A stretch of 64,000 nt of DNA from positions 41,542,001 through 41,606,000 of the forward strand of contig NC_087436.1 in NCBI RefSeq assembly GCF_036321535.1, written 5' to 3'. Position numbers and translations under genes: made by a program. The first letter of the stretch is position 1, and each line of letters starts with the position of its first letter. Below the pieces are notes generated by a model that saw only the letters and a program-made list of their open reading frames with translations, was not told the origin of the DNA and did not search any database. This document shows positions 1-13,569 of the stretch, one piece after another. This stretch comes from Camelus dromedarius. Taxonomy: Eukaryota.

Positions 1-124
1 AATATTTAGTTACCATGAGAAAATGATGTTTAGTAACCATTGATAAGACTAGGATTGCCTGAAGAAAGCAAACAATTGTATAACTGGTGCACTTTTAAAA
101 AAATACTTGGGTATTTAATGGAAT

Positions 125-962
125 ATTTATTTCATTAATACAGAAAATATGTATGGAGGACCCACTATGTGCCAGGATCCCACCCTTATCTCTCCTCAAC
201 CTTCTGTTCTAAAAGGATGAAACAGTTAAATAACAAATACAATAGATTGAATTATGATATATATCATATTTATAATTTTAATATAATCAGTATTAATATA
301 GTAAATAGAGCAAGGTGTGGAAAACTTGCAATAGTAAGAAAGGAGATTTGTACAGTTTTTGCAGGGTGATCAGCCACTGAGAATAAGATAATTGAGAAAA
401 GACTTAAAATATATGAGAAAATTGATCTGCCTGTAAGTTTGAAAAGAATATGCCAGGCCAAAGGAAGATCCGTTGCCAAGGCCTAAGGCAGGCATCTGCC
501 TGATTGCATTCATGGACTAGTGAAGAAGACAATGTGGCCAGAGACAAGTGAGGGAAAGGAGAATGGAGTAGAAGTCACAGAGATAAACTGGGGCCAGAAA
601 GCCCAAGGAATTATAGGTCATTTTAAAGACTGATTTTAGGCTGAGTGAAATGGGGGCCATTTAAGAATTTTAAGGAGAAAATTAGCATAGTCTGAAATAT
701 GTCTTAATAGTATTTCTCTAGCTGGAATGTAGGAGACAGACTTTCAACTAGGCAAGAAGAAGTAAGAAAACCTATAGGTAGGCTATTGCTATAATCTGAG
801 TAAGAGCAGATGGCAAATTGAACCAGAGCTACAGCAGCTGAGATGATGAGAAATTACCAGATTCTGAATCCAGTTTGATGACAGAGATAGAACTTCTTGC
901 AAAAATAGATCGTGGGATGAGAAAGAAAGAAAAATCAAAGGTAGCTCTTGAGTTTTTGCCTT
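125..962 (-). mobile_element. L2 LINE, 3' part (L2a/b-like), 5'-truncated
   Basis: Reverse-complement L2 tail (cccactatgtgccagg) followed by typical purine-rich antisense L2 sequence (aggctattgctataatctgagtaagagcagatgg). Confidence 0.8.
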
Positions 963-964
963 TT

Positions 965-1345
965 TGTTCTGAGTTGCCCCTTTGCATTCTCATTTTAACA
1001 GAAATCTGTAGCTCATCTGAAGATACTACATTTACAGCCACCCTTTCAAGTGCTGACTATTTCTTTCTCCCAGAGTCCTTACACCCCTGTGCCTGACGTT
1101 TGTAGGCATTTTCCTGGTTCTTCATTGTTAATTTCAAACCATTCTCCCTCCATTCTCCCTTAAATCCTTCAGTTTTGAAAAATAGGTCATCAGATTACAT
1201 CATCCAGTACTGCTCATTAATAGTGGAATCAAGCAACCCTTTAGCATATTTCCCTAATTTCTTTCAGAGTTTAACTCCTGGCTCTTTATGATTTTCTCCA
1301 ACACTAATCATATTTTAATGTTTGGAAATTTCAAAAATTATGTGC
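965..1345 (+). mobile_element. L2 LINE, endonuclease-domain remnant (sense)
   Basis: ORF 875-1096 contains ILILTEICSSSEDT, resembling the L2 APE LLALTETWLSPEDT motif; a decayed LGDFN motif (tttggaaatttcaaa) lies near 1321. Confidence 0.7.
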
Positions 1346-1759
1346 CTTTAAGAGAGTTAGTGAATCAGGTTGTTCCTAGATGAAGATATGAGTCAGAGTC
1401 GTATTGGTAATGACATAGTCAGGAAAAAATGAATCAACTAAAATTACTAACCTTAAGATCCAGGAATCTCCTAGAATAATATAAAAGCATACTAAGTGTA
1501 GATATTTTAAGGTAATGCCATCAGGATAATTCATCTTTCTATTAAACTGTCTGACATTATAAACAATTTTACACTAGATATTTTCTTAGGTGTATTCTTA
1601 GCATATCATATGGCCCAAGTATTTGTTTTTTGAAAGTAATGACATTATTTCTTATTTCTGTATTCATAATAATATCGATGATTTCTTGAATGTTCCAATT
1701 CTGTATTTTATTCAACTATTTTAAGTGTCAATTTTTAACATTCTAACATAGATTCTTTT

Positions 1760-2765
1760 GTTTATTCATTCAATGATATATTCAATATTTAGCATCTTCT
1801 ATTTATCAAACTTTCTTTGATGTATTAAGGATAGGAGGAAAATACTGTTCTCATGAACCTCATGATCTAGTAAGGTCAAATAGATGATAAACAAAGTGGA
1901 ACAGGAGTTAAAAAGTTCAGGGAGGAGGATGTCAATTTGCAGGTTAATTTAGATGGTAAGTAAAATCATCAAGAAGGAGGTTAAGAAGGAGGTTATATTT
2001 CAGAAAAAAAAAGAAGAAACAGAAGAAAAGAAAATATGGCTTTTAAGCAGCTAGACATTTGGAAATCTGGGAGAAAAATATTCCATAAGAGGAAAAAACA
2101 AATGCAAAAGTGCTAAGATTGAGAATTTTTTTTTTCAGGTGACGGAGAAAAGCAAGGAGGTCTCTGGAGCAAAGTAATAAAAGAGCAGAGTAGAAGGAAA
2201 TGAGGTCACAAAGGTAAGCCATTTGATACTAAAGGCAAGTGATTTGATGAAATGTGCAATTTGAGTGATTTTGAGAGGATGGTTTGATATAATTCACAGC
2301 ATCATAGGAGAACTCTATTTAGCTGTATTCAGTTATCTGCAAGGACAGGAGTAGAAGCAGACAATAGAGTCGATAGATGACAGTAGTTTGGACCAGGGTG
2401 ATGGAGCAGTGGAGATGGTGGCAAAGTTGTAGAAGCAAGATTTCCTGATGATTCAAATGGTCTAAGAGGAAGATAAATGTCAAGGAAGTTTTCAATATTT
2501 TTGACTTGAGCAACCAAAAGGAAGAAATTGGCAATAGAGATGAGAAAGGCTCTGGATAAAGCAAATTCAACATTTTAAGCTTGCTTGTTGGGCATCTGAG
2601 TGGAGATATTAAATACAGAGTTAGATGTCCCAAAGTTCATGGGAAAAGTCTAGGCTGAAGATAACATTTGGGAGTTGCAAGTTTCAGGTGTGCTTTAAAG
2701 CCTCATGGAAAACTCTTGTGAAGAGAGTGAGTGTAGAAGACAGAACAAATCCAGAGATGCTGTTT
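1760..2765 (-). mobile_element. L2 LINE fragment
   Basis: Starts with the antisense L2 tail (tttattcattcaa); typical antisense body such as gggaaaagtctaggctgaagataacatttgggagtt. Confidence 0.8.
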
Positions 2766-3986
2766 GTAGAAGTGGACGATTTTCAAGTTAAAATGAAAAG
2801 CCCTGTTTTTTTGTTTGAAAATTATTTTGGGATAATTTATATAGTAAATTCCCCAGTATTATGCCATCAAAAAAGATAAAAGTACAATTTCTCTACTTTA
2901 AAAATCAATTTCTATTTTCCTTTGCTAAAGTGCTGTCATGGGTTGAATGTTACATGATTTCTTCATAGGTGAAACTGGCCTATGAACAAGATGAGCTACA
3001 GTTCTTTTTAATGTAGTCTTTTTAGATGGAGTCCAATACTTATCAGCTATATGGAATACTGTATATGGTACTATGATTCTCATTAGTGTTATAGTCTTTA
3101 TAATGTCCTACTTACTGTTATGTAAAGACTAATAATAAGTTATTTATTTACTATGTTTGGGTGGTACTGAAAATATATACCTTTCCAGTAAATTAATAAA
3201 AAGTTAAAACTTAATTACCTTCATCAAAATTGTAGTGATCCATGATTTCATGGTAGCATCCAGAAAAACGTTAGCTAATTTCCTATATCTCATTTAAGCA
3301 ATGGATTTTTTTAATTGTTTGTTTAAATTCATTATAGGTAGTATGAACCATATACACTAGGACAGTCAGCTTTCTCAATGAATACACATTCTGTTCAATT
3401 AACACATTTTTAATAAAGTCATCAGAGAGGCATCAGTGGAAAGGAGGTGTTGAAAACATTTTTTCCTCACTTTTTTCAATAACACATAAATGATATTTCA
3501 AAACACTCATAATTTATTCTAAAATGATCATGCAGTACACAGCACGTTTTCAAAAATTTTGCTTTAAAAAAACTAATCTGTTTACTACATAATGTGTTCT
3601 TGTATTGAATTTGATTTTATGGTATTGAATGTTAAAAGTGTCATACTTTACGTCCATACACAGGTTTTATTCATATGAGGCATTCTTTTTAATATCAGCA
3701 AGATTAGAATACCTCATACTGGATAATACATAAAATATTTTAAAATTATAAATATATGATGTGTATACATTCAATTATATATGCACAGTCATTAATATAT
3801 GCACTCAATTTTACTCCACCAAAATATTGTTTTTGTTTAAAAACATTTTACTATAATTTGTATATATTTTTGTATAAAAAATTCCCATTTGTTTTGTAAG
3901 ATCGTAATTTTCTCTGAAATTTGATATTCTTATTATGAATACTAAGTAAAGATAATATTTTAGTATATGAATGAATTTTAATTTTT

Positions 3987-4807
3987 TTAAACATTTTTTA
4001 TTGATTTATAATCATTTTACAATGTTGTGTCAAATTTTCAGTTATACATGAGCATATATATATTCATTGTCACATTTTTTTCTCTGTGAGCTACCATAAG
4101 ATCTTGTGTATATTTCCCTCTGCTATACAGTATAATCTTGTTTATCTATTCTACAATTTTGAAATCCTGTCTATCCCTTCCCACCCTCCGCCCCCTTGGC
4201 AACCACAAGTTTGTATTCTATGTCTATGAGTCTATTTCTGTTTTGTATTTATGCTTTGTTTTTTTTGTTTTTTGTTTTTGTTTTTGTTTTTTAGATTACA
4301 CATATGAGCGATCTCATATGGTATTTTTCTTCCTCTTTCTGACTTACTTCACTTAGAATGACATTCTCCAGGAGCATCCATGTTGCTGCAAAAGGCATTA
4401 TGTTTTCAGTTTTTATGGCTGAGTAGTATTCCACTGTATAAATATACCACATCTTCTTTAACCAGTGATCTGTTGATGGACATTTAGGCTGTTTCCATGT
4501 CTTGGCTATTGTAAATAATGCTGCTATGAACGTTGGGATGCAGGTGTCATCCTGAAGTAGGGTTCCTTCTGGATATAAGCCCAGGAGTGGGATTCCTGGG
4601 TCATATGGTAAGTCTATTCCTAGTCTTTTGAGGAATCTCCACACTGTTTTCCATAGTGGCTGCACCAAACTGCATTCCCACTAGCAGTGTAGGAGGGTTC
4701 CCTTTTCTCCACAGCCTCTCCAGCATTTGTCATTTGTGGATTTTTGAATGATGGCCATTCTGACTGAGGTGATACCTCATTGTAGTTTTGATTTGCATTT
4801 CTCTGAT
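3987..4807 (-). mobile_element. Young 5'-truncated L1 (camelid-like): ORF2 C-terminus plus 3' UTR
   Basis: ORF 4291-4668 is the L1 ORF2 C-terminus ([13 protein letters not shown]...WKQPKCPS...FAATWM). Perfect 16-bp TSD ATGAATTTTAATTTTT at 3971-3986 and 4808-4823, with a canonical TTTT/AA endonuclease site. Confidence 0.95.
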
Positions 4808-5970
4808 ATGAATTTTAATTTTTAATTGAATTATTTGGAATGTCAGGAAATCTTCAACCACTGCTTTAGAGGTGCATGTATTTTTTAAAATAAATTATTA
4901 TGTGTTCCTGATTTAGTAAAGCTGTATACAATTATGAAAAAAGACAAAGGCAAATTTTTGTGGAATTTGTGGCCTAAAACAAATCAACAGCATTGCAAGT
5001 ACACCACTTCCCCTCCTGCCATCTTCATTCATAGTGCAAGCAGTGAAACCTCTCCACAGGGGAATTAAATCTTGCTTGGGTAGAGTGACTGTTGGTACAG
5101 ATACAAATTGCTTGAATGGAATAAAAATTTTAGTTACCTTTTACTAGCAGTTCATGAGAAATTTAGGATGGAGGACTGAGAAAAACATTTTGTCTTTTCT
5201 CACTTGAAACATTAGTAAAGTTAGAATAGTAGTGTTTTTTTTTTTTTTTAAGGAACTGACTACAGTAAGTTGAAAAAGAATGTGTTCATCAATGAGCAGA
5301 ATTCAGTAAATCTGCAGAAGACAATATGTAAAAGGATAAATAGAAACCAAGGGAGGGAGTCACAGCCTAGGCTGCCGTGTGGAGGGCACTGCGGCAGATG
5401 CACTGCAGAAACCAGAGGGTTTGTTGTCTCTAAACAGCAGGCAAGTCTACAGGAGGGGAAGAAGGCTGAATAAAGAGAGATAATAAAAGGTTTCTTAAAA
5501 TGCTTCAGGTCTTTTTTTAAAATATTTCTGTGCAGAAAGCTCAGTATTTTACTTAGGGAGAGAAAAGCCTTCAGTACTTCTTTTTTAAAGAAGCAGAATC
5601 AAATTCTTGGAGAAAATATAGTATGCCAGAATAGATTTTGAAGTCAGAGTAAATATCTTTGTTTTGGCTTTTGTCTGTTCTCTACTCACTTGCCTGAAAA
5701 GTAAGCTTACTAATTATTTAAGCATTTATTTTTTTTAAACCTTCTGGAATTTCATGATTTATGCTGTAAATTGAGTATATTTCACTTTTCCCCAAAGGTC
5801 ACTTAAATTTCCAATGACTATCTAAATGAATGATACTGCTGTGATATTTTCCTTAATATATATACTACGGAAGTTGTGTATAATTTTATGTTTTTCATTT
5901 TTATAGAAGTACCGTACATTAAAATTTTAGGAACAAATGCTTTGAAATAGTGTTTTACAGTCTACTTTAC

Positions 5971-6269
5971 AAATCCAAGATCAGGGTGCCAGTAGGGTTA
6001 GTTTCTGGCAAGGCCTCTCTTCCTTGCTTACAGATGGCCAACTTGTCACTGTGCCCTGACATAGGCTTTCCTCTGTGCACACGTGAAGGGAGAGAGCTCT
6101 CTGGTGTCTCTTCCTCTTTCTAAGAGGACACCAGTCCTGTGGGATTGAGGCCTCACCCTTATGACCTCATTTAACTTTACCTCCTTAAAGTTCTTGTCTC
6201 TAAATTTAGTTTCTTGGGAGTTAAGGCTTCAAAATATGAATATGAAAGGACTACAGTTCAGACCATAAC
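5971..6269 (-). mobile_element. MaLR LTR (MLT1A-like), partial
   Basis: aaatccaagatcagggtgcc ... cacccttatgacctcatttaac ... gttcagaccataac. Confidence 0.85.
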
Positions 6270-6421
6270 TCCTTATGAAAAATGTTCCTTTTTTTCTATT
6301 GCAGCATGATAATGCCAAAGTCCTCACACAGTATATAAAATGTAAGAAATGGACTCTCACTTCTTCTCTAGCAAACTGTTTTGCTAGCTATTCCTGTTAT
6401 TTCGACTGCCCATAATCTGCA

Positions 6422-6451
6422 TTAAAAGGCAAACACTTAAAAGGCAAACAC
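6422..6451. repeat. Perfect 15-bp tandem duplication (TTAAAAGGCAAACAC x2)
   Basis: Read directly from the sequence. Confidence 0.95.
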
Positions 6452-6943
6452 CTCTAGTCCTCTGTACCAGCATTGGACACGAGGAGTTTTTTGTTTTGTC
6501 TGGATTCTCATTAGTAAACATTTCAACACACATACACACACACTCTACTAACTTGCTACAGATTCTGCAGTTTAAGAGGTTCCTGCTAATCATGGAACCC
6601 ACCCACACTCTTGAATCTGATCATCTTGGAGGACTTCATTAAACAAAATATCAACATGTACCTCCTCCTCTATATCCCTGATGAATTTCTGTAAGTGGGT
6701 CAGGACCCTCACATAAAAATTTGGATGAGGATAATCTTCAGGATGCCATTAACTTTCTCTTTGAGACTGAAACGTAGAATTCATTAGGATAACCCTGAGA
6801 CAAATGAAGATCATACAATACACAAAGATTTGTTCATTCTGCTTGATTTATCCTGAGAATCTCCTCCAGCCACCAGAACCAAGTAAATTAATACAATAAA
6901 GTGTTCAATTACATTCATATTCCTCTGGCTGGCAGAAGCATAT

Positions 6944-7070
6944 GATCACGGAATTTCAGAACTGGTAAGATTGAAAGAGCTATTGACTCCAAACCCTTTA
7001 TTTCATACGTGAAGAAGCAAAACCTTGGAGAAATTAAAAGACTTCTCAAGGTCACACAAGAAATTAGTCC
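6944..7070 (-). mobile_element. MIR SINE core fragment
   Basis: gagaaattaaaagacttctcaaggtcacacaagaaattagt matches the antisense MIR core. Confidence 0.7.
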
Positions 7071-7680
7071 AGAAACTTTCTTTCAGTGAAATGCCTTTCT
7101 TATATTAATTCATCTATTTATGTTTACAGCACATTGTTAAAATAATTATTTAAAACAACTTATCAGTATTTTATTTAAATAATGAAGTTATTAAGTGAAG
7201 TTAAATCAGAGTGAAGTCTTAATAACAGGAAAAAGAGCTTCAGGATTTAAATGGCTTGTTATTGAAAGAAAAATCTGTGCTATTGTGTGTAGCATATCCA
7301 AATGCATTTCCAGGGCTCATTGAGTTTATGAGAAGCTAAATTCCAAAATAACTTACAAAAATTTGGATTAGCTCTTGCTTTGTTTGCTCATTTGTACTAG
7401 CTTTAAAGTAAAGTAGAACAAAGTCCACAGTTCAGTTCTGTTCAATCTGCATCAGTGACATTAACATATCAGCAACATTCAAATCACATCTGGCAACCTG
7501 GAAACTGGTTGGTTATCAGGTCATCACATTTTTGACTTTAACAACATGTGGTTGTCATTTTTAAGAAAGATAAATATACTGAGTGCAGTATAAGTGAACC
7601 AATGTTAAGAAGAGCAAAGAGTGAACAAATTAATTTCACAGGGCTTTTATATGGAATTATAAATAGCAGATTTTTAGATA

Positions 7681-8452
7681 CCCAGTTTTATTGATAAATA
7701 ATTGACATGCAGTACTGTATAAGTTTAACGTTACAGCATGATGGTTTGATTTATATATATAGTGAAACGATTAAAATAAGTTCATCTACATTTATCTTCT
7801 CATACAGATACAATAAAAAAAGGAAAAAGAAAAGAAAAAAAATCTTGTAATAAGAACTCTTAGGATTTACTCTCTTAACAACTTGCCTGTTTATCATAGA
7901 TCAATGTTAGCTGTAGTCATCATGTTATGCACTACATCTCTAATACTTATTTATCTTAAAACAGAATTTTTTTGTACCTTTTATGCACCTTCCTCCAATC
8001 CCCACTCCCCCCACCATCCACTTCTAACCACAAGTCTGATCTCTTTTTATAAGATTAGCATTTTTCTCTTGTTTGTTTAGATTCCACATATAAGTGAGAT
8101 CATACAGTATTTGTCTTTCTCTAACTTATTTCACTTAGCATAATGCCTTCAAGGCCCATCCATGTTGTCATAAATGGTGGCTTCTCCTTATTTTTGATGG
8201 CTGTATGATATTCTGTTGTGTGTGTGTGTATCTCACAATTTCTTTATCCATTCATCTATTAATGGACGGTGAGGTTTGTTTGCAATGTCTTGGCCATTAT
8301 AAATAATACTGTTGTGAACATGGGGATGCAGACATCTTTCAAGTTAGTGTTTTTGTTTCTTTATATGTATTCTCAGAAGTGAAATTGCTGGATCATATAG
8401 TAGTTCTATATTTAATTTTTAGAGATTCTTTCATACTGTTTTCCACAGTGGT
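7681..8452 (-). mobile_element. L1 3' end (L1MA9/10-like)
   Basis: agaactcttaggatttactctcttaacaac, attccacatataagtgagatcatacagtatttgtct and gaaattgctggatcatatagtagttctat are typical antisense L1 3' sequence. Confidence 0.9.
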
Positions 8453-10851
8453 ATGTTTTATCTAGAGGTGTTTGACAGTATCTTGAAAAAAAGTTTTCCC
8501 CTTGAATATATTCAATTAAATGCTTAGTCCATTATTAAAAATGTCCTTGTTTAACCTTGGTACTCCAAATTTTCCTAATGAATTACATATAGCTTATATA
8601 TTCCAGATTTTTTGCTGGAAAGGCCTATTTTGATATTGACTAAAGTTCAACAATAACAGCTAAAATAAATTTTAAAAGAAACAAAAATAATGACTACATA
8701 ATATTGAAGTAGAAAATATATGTTCAAATGAAGTTAAGCACCATTTTGATACTAAATTTGAAGTTGATAAAAACAAATTAGGGTTAATTATAAAAATTAT
8801 CTAAGCTAATATATGTAGAAGTATTCAAAATTCCCTACACATATGAAATATTATATAATGATATTAATTAACTTGTTATTTACTATGAGTTAAGTATTGT
8901 GTTAAATATCTTTGATGCATTATCTCCTAAGGTACTATGATATAGGTACTTTTATGACTTAGGTATTCAATTACATAAATCTTAAAAACACATTATTGAC
9001 AAAATAATGACTAAAGAGCCATGTACTGAAATTGTTTGATCAATTTGAAAATATAATGTCAAGGGCAGATAGACAATAGAATAATATATAGATAGACACA
9101 TAGATACATTTAGACACATAGATAGTTGAGTTCTATACTGAGATTATTTAACTGAATCTCTTGGACAGTGCTTTCTAAGAAAATGAAAGGAAATCTATGC
9201 ATATATGAAAAATTCAAAACTTTAAAGAAAGAAAATGTGAAAGAGAAGGAAGGGAAAAAGGAAGGAAAGAAGGAAGGGAGGGAGGGATTGTCAATTGTAA
9301 TCTCAACAAAAACTAAATATGAAGAAAATAAATAAATTATGGATGGGGAAAATAACTGGCAATTTTTTAAAAAGGGATATGTAGGGAACTGGGAGTAGAT
9401 GGTGTTCCAAATTTAAAAGAGAAAACTAAAGGCTTTCTTTTTTCAAATTTATAAAATCAGTGTCTTTGAAAAGGTGTACTAATATTACTATTGCTAATCA
9501 AAATAATGACAAGAGTAAATAAGAAAAAAAAATTTCAATTGCTTGAATTTAACAGTTTCCACATTGATTACCTAGTGAATGGCTAAATTCAACATAAAAT
9601 TTGCATAATGATAAGATTGGCATGACCCAAGGGGCATTTATTGGGGTCCACTCATTTTGTTTTCAAATTCTCATTGTAATAGCATTAGATGCTAATGGTT
9701 TCTGGGAAAATAGGTCACTATCATTAGATAAATCTTTCATGGCTTATTTTCCCTCAGGAATTATTTTTCTATTTTGATCTATTTTCTTTCTAATTTTATT
9801 CCTCTATTTTAGAGTAATGTGAGGTAAATAAAGAAAGCATAATATTAAGCTTTGTGCAGTAAATGACATACTAATGAAACAGAAATAACCTGAGTAGAGT
9901 GTTATGAAGTAGCTTGTAAAATTTAAAGTACGGGATCAAATGCAATTAATTCAAAGAACAATGTAAGTTATTGTGTTCTGTATTCAGTTGTTCAGAAAAA
10001 AATAACATTTTAAATTCACTGGTGACATTTAGTTAATAAAGTTAATATAAGACTCCATAAAAATTGTTTTTTAATGTCATTACTTTTCCTATAAAATTTT
10101 TTTTTCCTATGTATATGATAAACATTATACTGGAGCTTGAATATTGCCATTGTATAGTTCAAGTCACTTTCACACTTTGCTTCACTTTGTTGTCCTCAAT
10201 GCAAGTAAATTCACCTTGAAGTAGAAATTTATATACCAAACAAACATAAAATTATCTAATTTAACTTATCTAATCTAATCTTACTTATTTAACAATTAGA
10301 AACTTTTCTGGAATTTGTAATATCTCATACAATCATTCATGCCAGAAGGTGGCACCAAAACACTCAACTTCAAAATCCCTTTATTAATAAATTCATAAGA
10401 TTATTCTATATTTGGATTTCTAAGTGCAGGCAAATAGCAATGCAAATGTGGATTCAAATCATAAAGGTACTGCATACATTTTAAGGCTTTGTGAAACACT
10501 AGAAAGAAATAGTCTGTTTTGGACTTCATATATGATACTACAGAAATCTAACAGTGTATGCTCATTCTAACAAATGTGTGTGTATTTCTGAACTCTTTAA
10601 AAATAGTTACTTAAAAATCATCAAATGATAGTCCAAATGCCAAGGGAAAGTGTCATGTCTCCTCCTCAATCAAGTATCTTTTTGCTGTCATATGGATTAA
10701 TTTTCTGTTATGAAACTTCAGCTATTTCAGTTAGTTTGATCACTTTAAAGATATATTAAAGAAAAAATTTCCAAGCTCCGTCAGTATTATCAATAACATA
10801 GCATGCCTTTTCATTTGCTTTCCTCTTGAGAGATAGTTACGGTCATTGATC

Positions 10852-11090
10852 AGGTCAGTGATCAGGAGTTCAAGCTCTGGTATCCAAATGCATGAGTTTG
10901 AATTCCTGTTCTGATACTTAGTAGTTGTGTAACCTTGTGGAACTTTCTTAAATTCTCTCTCTGTCCTCTCTCTCTCTCAATTTCTTAAGCTTATTTTTGA
11001 CAGAAATACAATGGAACTTAAATAAGATACACACTTAAAGTGTTTAGACAATTCCGAACACCTTGTAAGCATCCAAGGAATATCAATGTC
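10852..11090 (+). mobile_element. MIR SINE
   Basis: gagtttgaattcctgttctgatacttagtagttgtgtaacctt core and an aaagtgtttagacaatt tail. Confidence 0.75.
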
Positions 11091-12483
11091 AATGATATTA
11101 TTTCAAAGAGAAGTTTTCCCTTCTGAAAGTTATCTCCAAAGATGCCTTATTCTTAAATTCATAAATAAGAAAACTCCTTGATTAGAAATCATAAAATAAA
11201 ACATTATCTGATTAGCTTCTCAGCATAGAAAACTTTCTTGATTTTTGACTCTTACCCAATTGTCACAAATAATAAAGATAAAAATATTTTAACCCACTGC
11301 TACAAAGAACTTTTTGAAAAACATTTATGCCTGAGTACTTACCTCTTTATTAAGTAGACCAACAGAAAAATATATGGAAGAAATAAAATTTAAGCAATGA
11401 GAATGCTTAAGAAATAATAATTAAAAAAACCTGTAGTTAATTTAGGCAGAGAAAGAGCAATTTAGTAAAATAAGTAATATTTAATGAGTTTCATATACAA
11501 GATAAGTAATTTTTTTAGGAATTGTATTTTTTGTTTTAACTGACGTGTGGCTACTGTGAATACATAGCATATTTATATTTGAGGCATAAACATCAAAAAT
11601 AGAAACTAATATATTAGGTAAACGTGCTGTAGGGGAAGACAAAGCTCTGTTCTATTTTATATAATTGTAGCTGCTTTATACAATGAGAAGAATAAGTGTA
11701 CTTAATCACTATTTGCAAAACAAAGGCCTACAGAAGTAGCTAAAAAAAAAAAAAGCAAAAACAAACAAAAAAAAAGTTGCTTTAATTTGTCTCCATAAAA
11801 ACAGATCTTAATAATCATAAAAAGGTAAATAAGAAACAGAAGCCAAATACACCATCACAACAAATAAAGAATTGAAGAACTCTTTCTAAAGTGACAACAT
11901 GATTATTTATATCCCTGGCAAATTGTCACCACATCAGCCTTTTTTTCTGTTCTAGAACCTTCTAAATTCAACACACCTTTATTACCATAGCATAGAAAAC
12001 CAAAAGTCATATTTGATTATTACATAACTTATAGATCAAGTTTATAGTCTATTTGTTCTTATCAGTAAGACAATAGGACTTAAATTAGTGTTAGGCTGAT
12101 CTCATGAGGTATAGAGAGTCATCTCAAATAACCATTTCTGGTTGAAATCTGCTTTTGAAAGCTTCTTGAAACAGTCACATTACTCTGCCTTGTTCCTTGT
12201 TATTAATTACAGGAAGTTTGCATATATGTATATATAAGTGTTTATTCCATGCTTTCATGTATATATATATTTTACATCTATACTTTTTTAACATCCATCA
12301 TAATTTCCAATAAATGTCCTACTAACTAAGCCTTTAACATCACTATTCCTTTAACATCAATCTTCACTATACAATGAAACTCCTCAGGATTTTATTTTAA
12401 CAGCTGCCATTTCACCCTGCCATTCTTGTACTTTTAAGAGAGCTGCAGGAAGCTTTGAGGATTTTTGTTGAGAGTTAAATTTC

Positions 12484-12795
12484 TTTGACCTTTTAAAATT
12501 CTCCTTGTCTTCCTTCAGTTATACTATGAATAAACTCTAGGAATCTAATGCACAACACACTAACTACACTTAATAGTACTGTATTGTGTACTTGAAAGTT
12601 ACTCAGGTGGTAGGTCTTGAACACTCTCGACACACGTACACGTGTGTACATTTAAGTATGAGAGGTGATGGATGATGGATGTGTTAAATTAATCTGATTG
12701 TGGTAATAATATACCTATTTTTTTAATCATCACATTGTACACTTTAAATATATAAAATTTTATTTATGAATCATACATGAATAAAACTGAAAAAA
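12484..12795 (+). mobile_element. Short L1 3' end (L1MA8/9-like) with probable small 5' inversion
   Basis: L1MA 3' UTR ending aataaaactgaaaaaa; flanking near-direct repeat GAGAGTTAAA(T/C)TTC at 12470-12483 and 12796-12809. Confidence 0.8.
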
Positions 12796-13506
12796 GAGAG
12801 TTAAACTTCATTTCAGAGCAAGTTTCAGCTTGCGTTTCTGGTAAACTTGCAATGTTTGTATTTGGTACTAGATTCTTGGGATGCTGGGTGGATGTTCATT
12901 TGCTGTATTTTTGTTTTGTTTTGAATTAAATACAAACAAAATGCCAACATATCACATTAATAAAAAAATTCTACTTTTTCCTTAAACATTTCCCAGGTAC
13001 AGAGACATGTGATAAGTTTTATGTAAGGTACCAAAATGAGCTCAGTTTGCACAACTATTATACGATACAGAAGTTAGCCTAATTTGACCGATAAAAAGTC
13101 TGAAACAGAGTGTGAATGATTTAAGGTCATAAAGTTAATTAGACAAAGACAAAGAATTTATGAACAGAATGTCTGATATCAAAGCATATCTTCATATACC
13201 ATATCATGTATGACCTGGAAAACGTTACTCTATCTTTTTTTCCCCAAATATATTATTTTTTAGGCATCTAGTTTATAAAGAATGTATTAGAATACTGGTT
13301 CTCTATCTCATTCTCCATTTACTGTGGAAGTTCAGGTCGTCACAGATACTTCCTATACATGCTATATACAAAACTGAAGGGAGGGGGAGAAAAGAAAAAG
13401 CGTGTTGAAGCATTTAGTTAAATAATCTGACATAACATCTAATAGAATTAGTTATAATTCAAATTTTAAAAGTTGTTTTAATGATACAGATGTTTTCTTT
13501 TTCCTG

Positions 13507-13531
13507 TTTTTTTTTTTTTTTTTTTTTTTTT
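13507..13531. repeat. Poly-T tract (T25)
   Basis: Read directly from the sequence. Confidence 0.95.
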
Positions 13532-13569
13532 GCTTTCAGTGTATATTTAAATAACTTCCTTCCTTAGCT

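Noticed and set aside
2125..2145. Recursive splice site ttttcag|gtgacg
   Set aside because: Poor donor, and it lies in a poly-T run within an L2 fragment.
4291..4668. 125-aa ORF as a host gene
   Set aside because: It is the C-terminus of L1 ORF2 in a 5'-truncated copy.
6500..6710. MER5-like DNA transposon
   Set aside because: Only faint resemblance; no terminal repeats could be defined.
9225..9288. Purine tract as a triplex/G4 element
   Set aside because: Ordinary (GGAA/GGGA)n low-complexity sequence with no further support.
13495..13545. T25 as the tail of a processed pseudogene
   Set aside because: The adjacent sequence is decayed L1 ORF2; no mRNA-like body or TSD was found.
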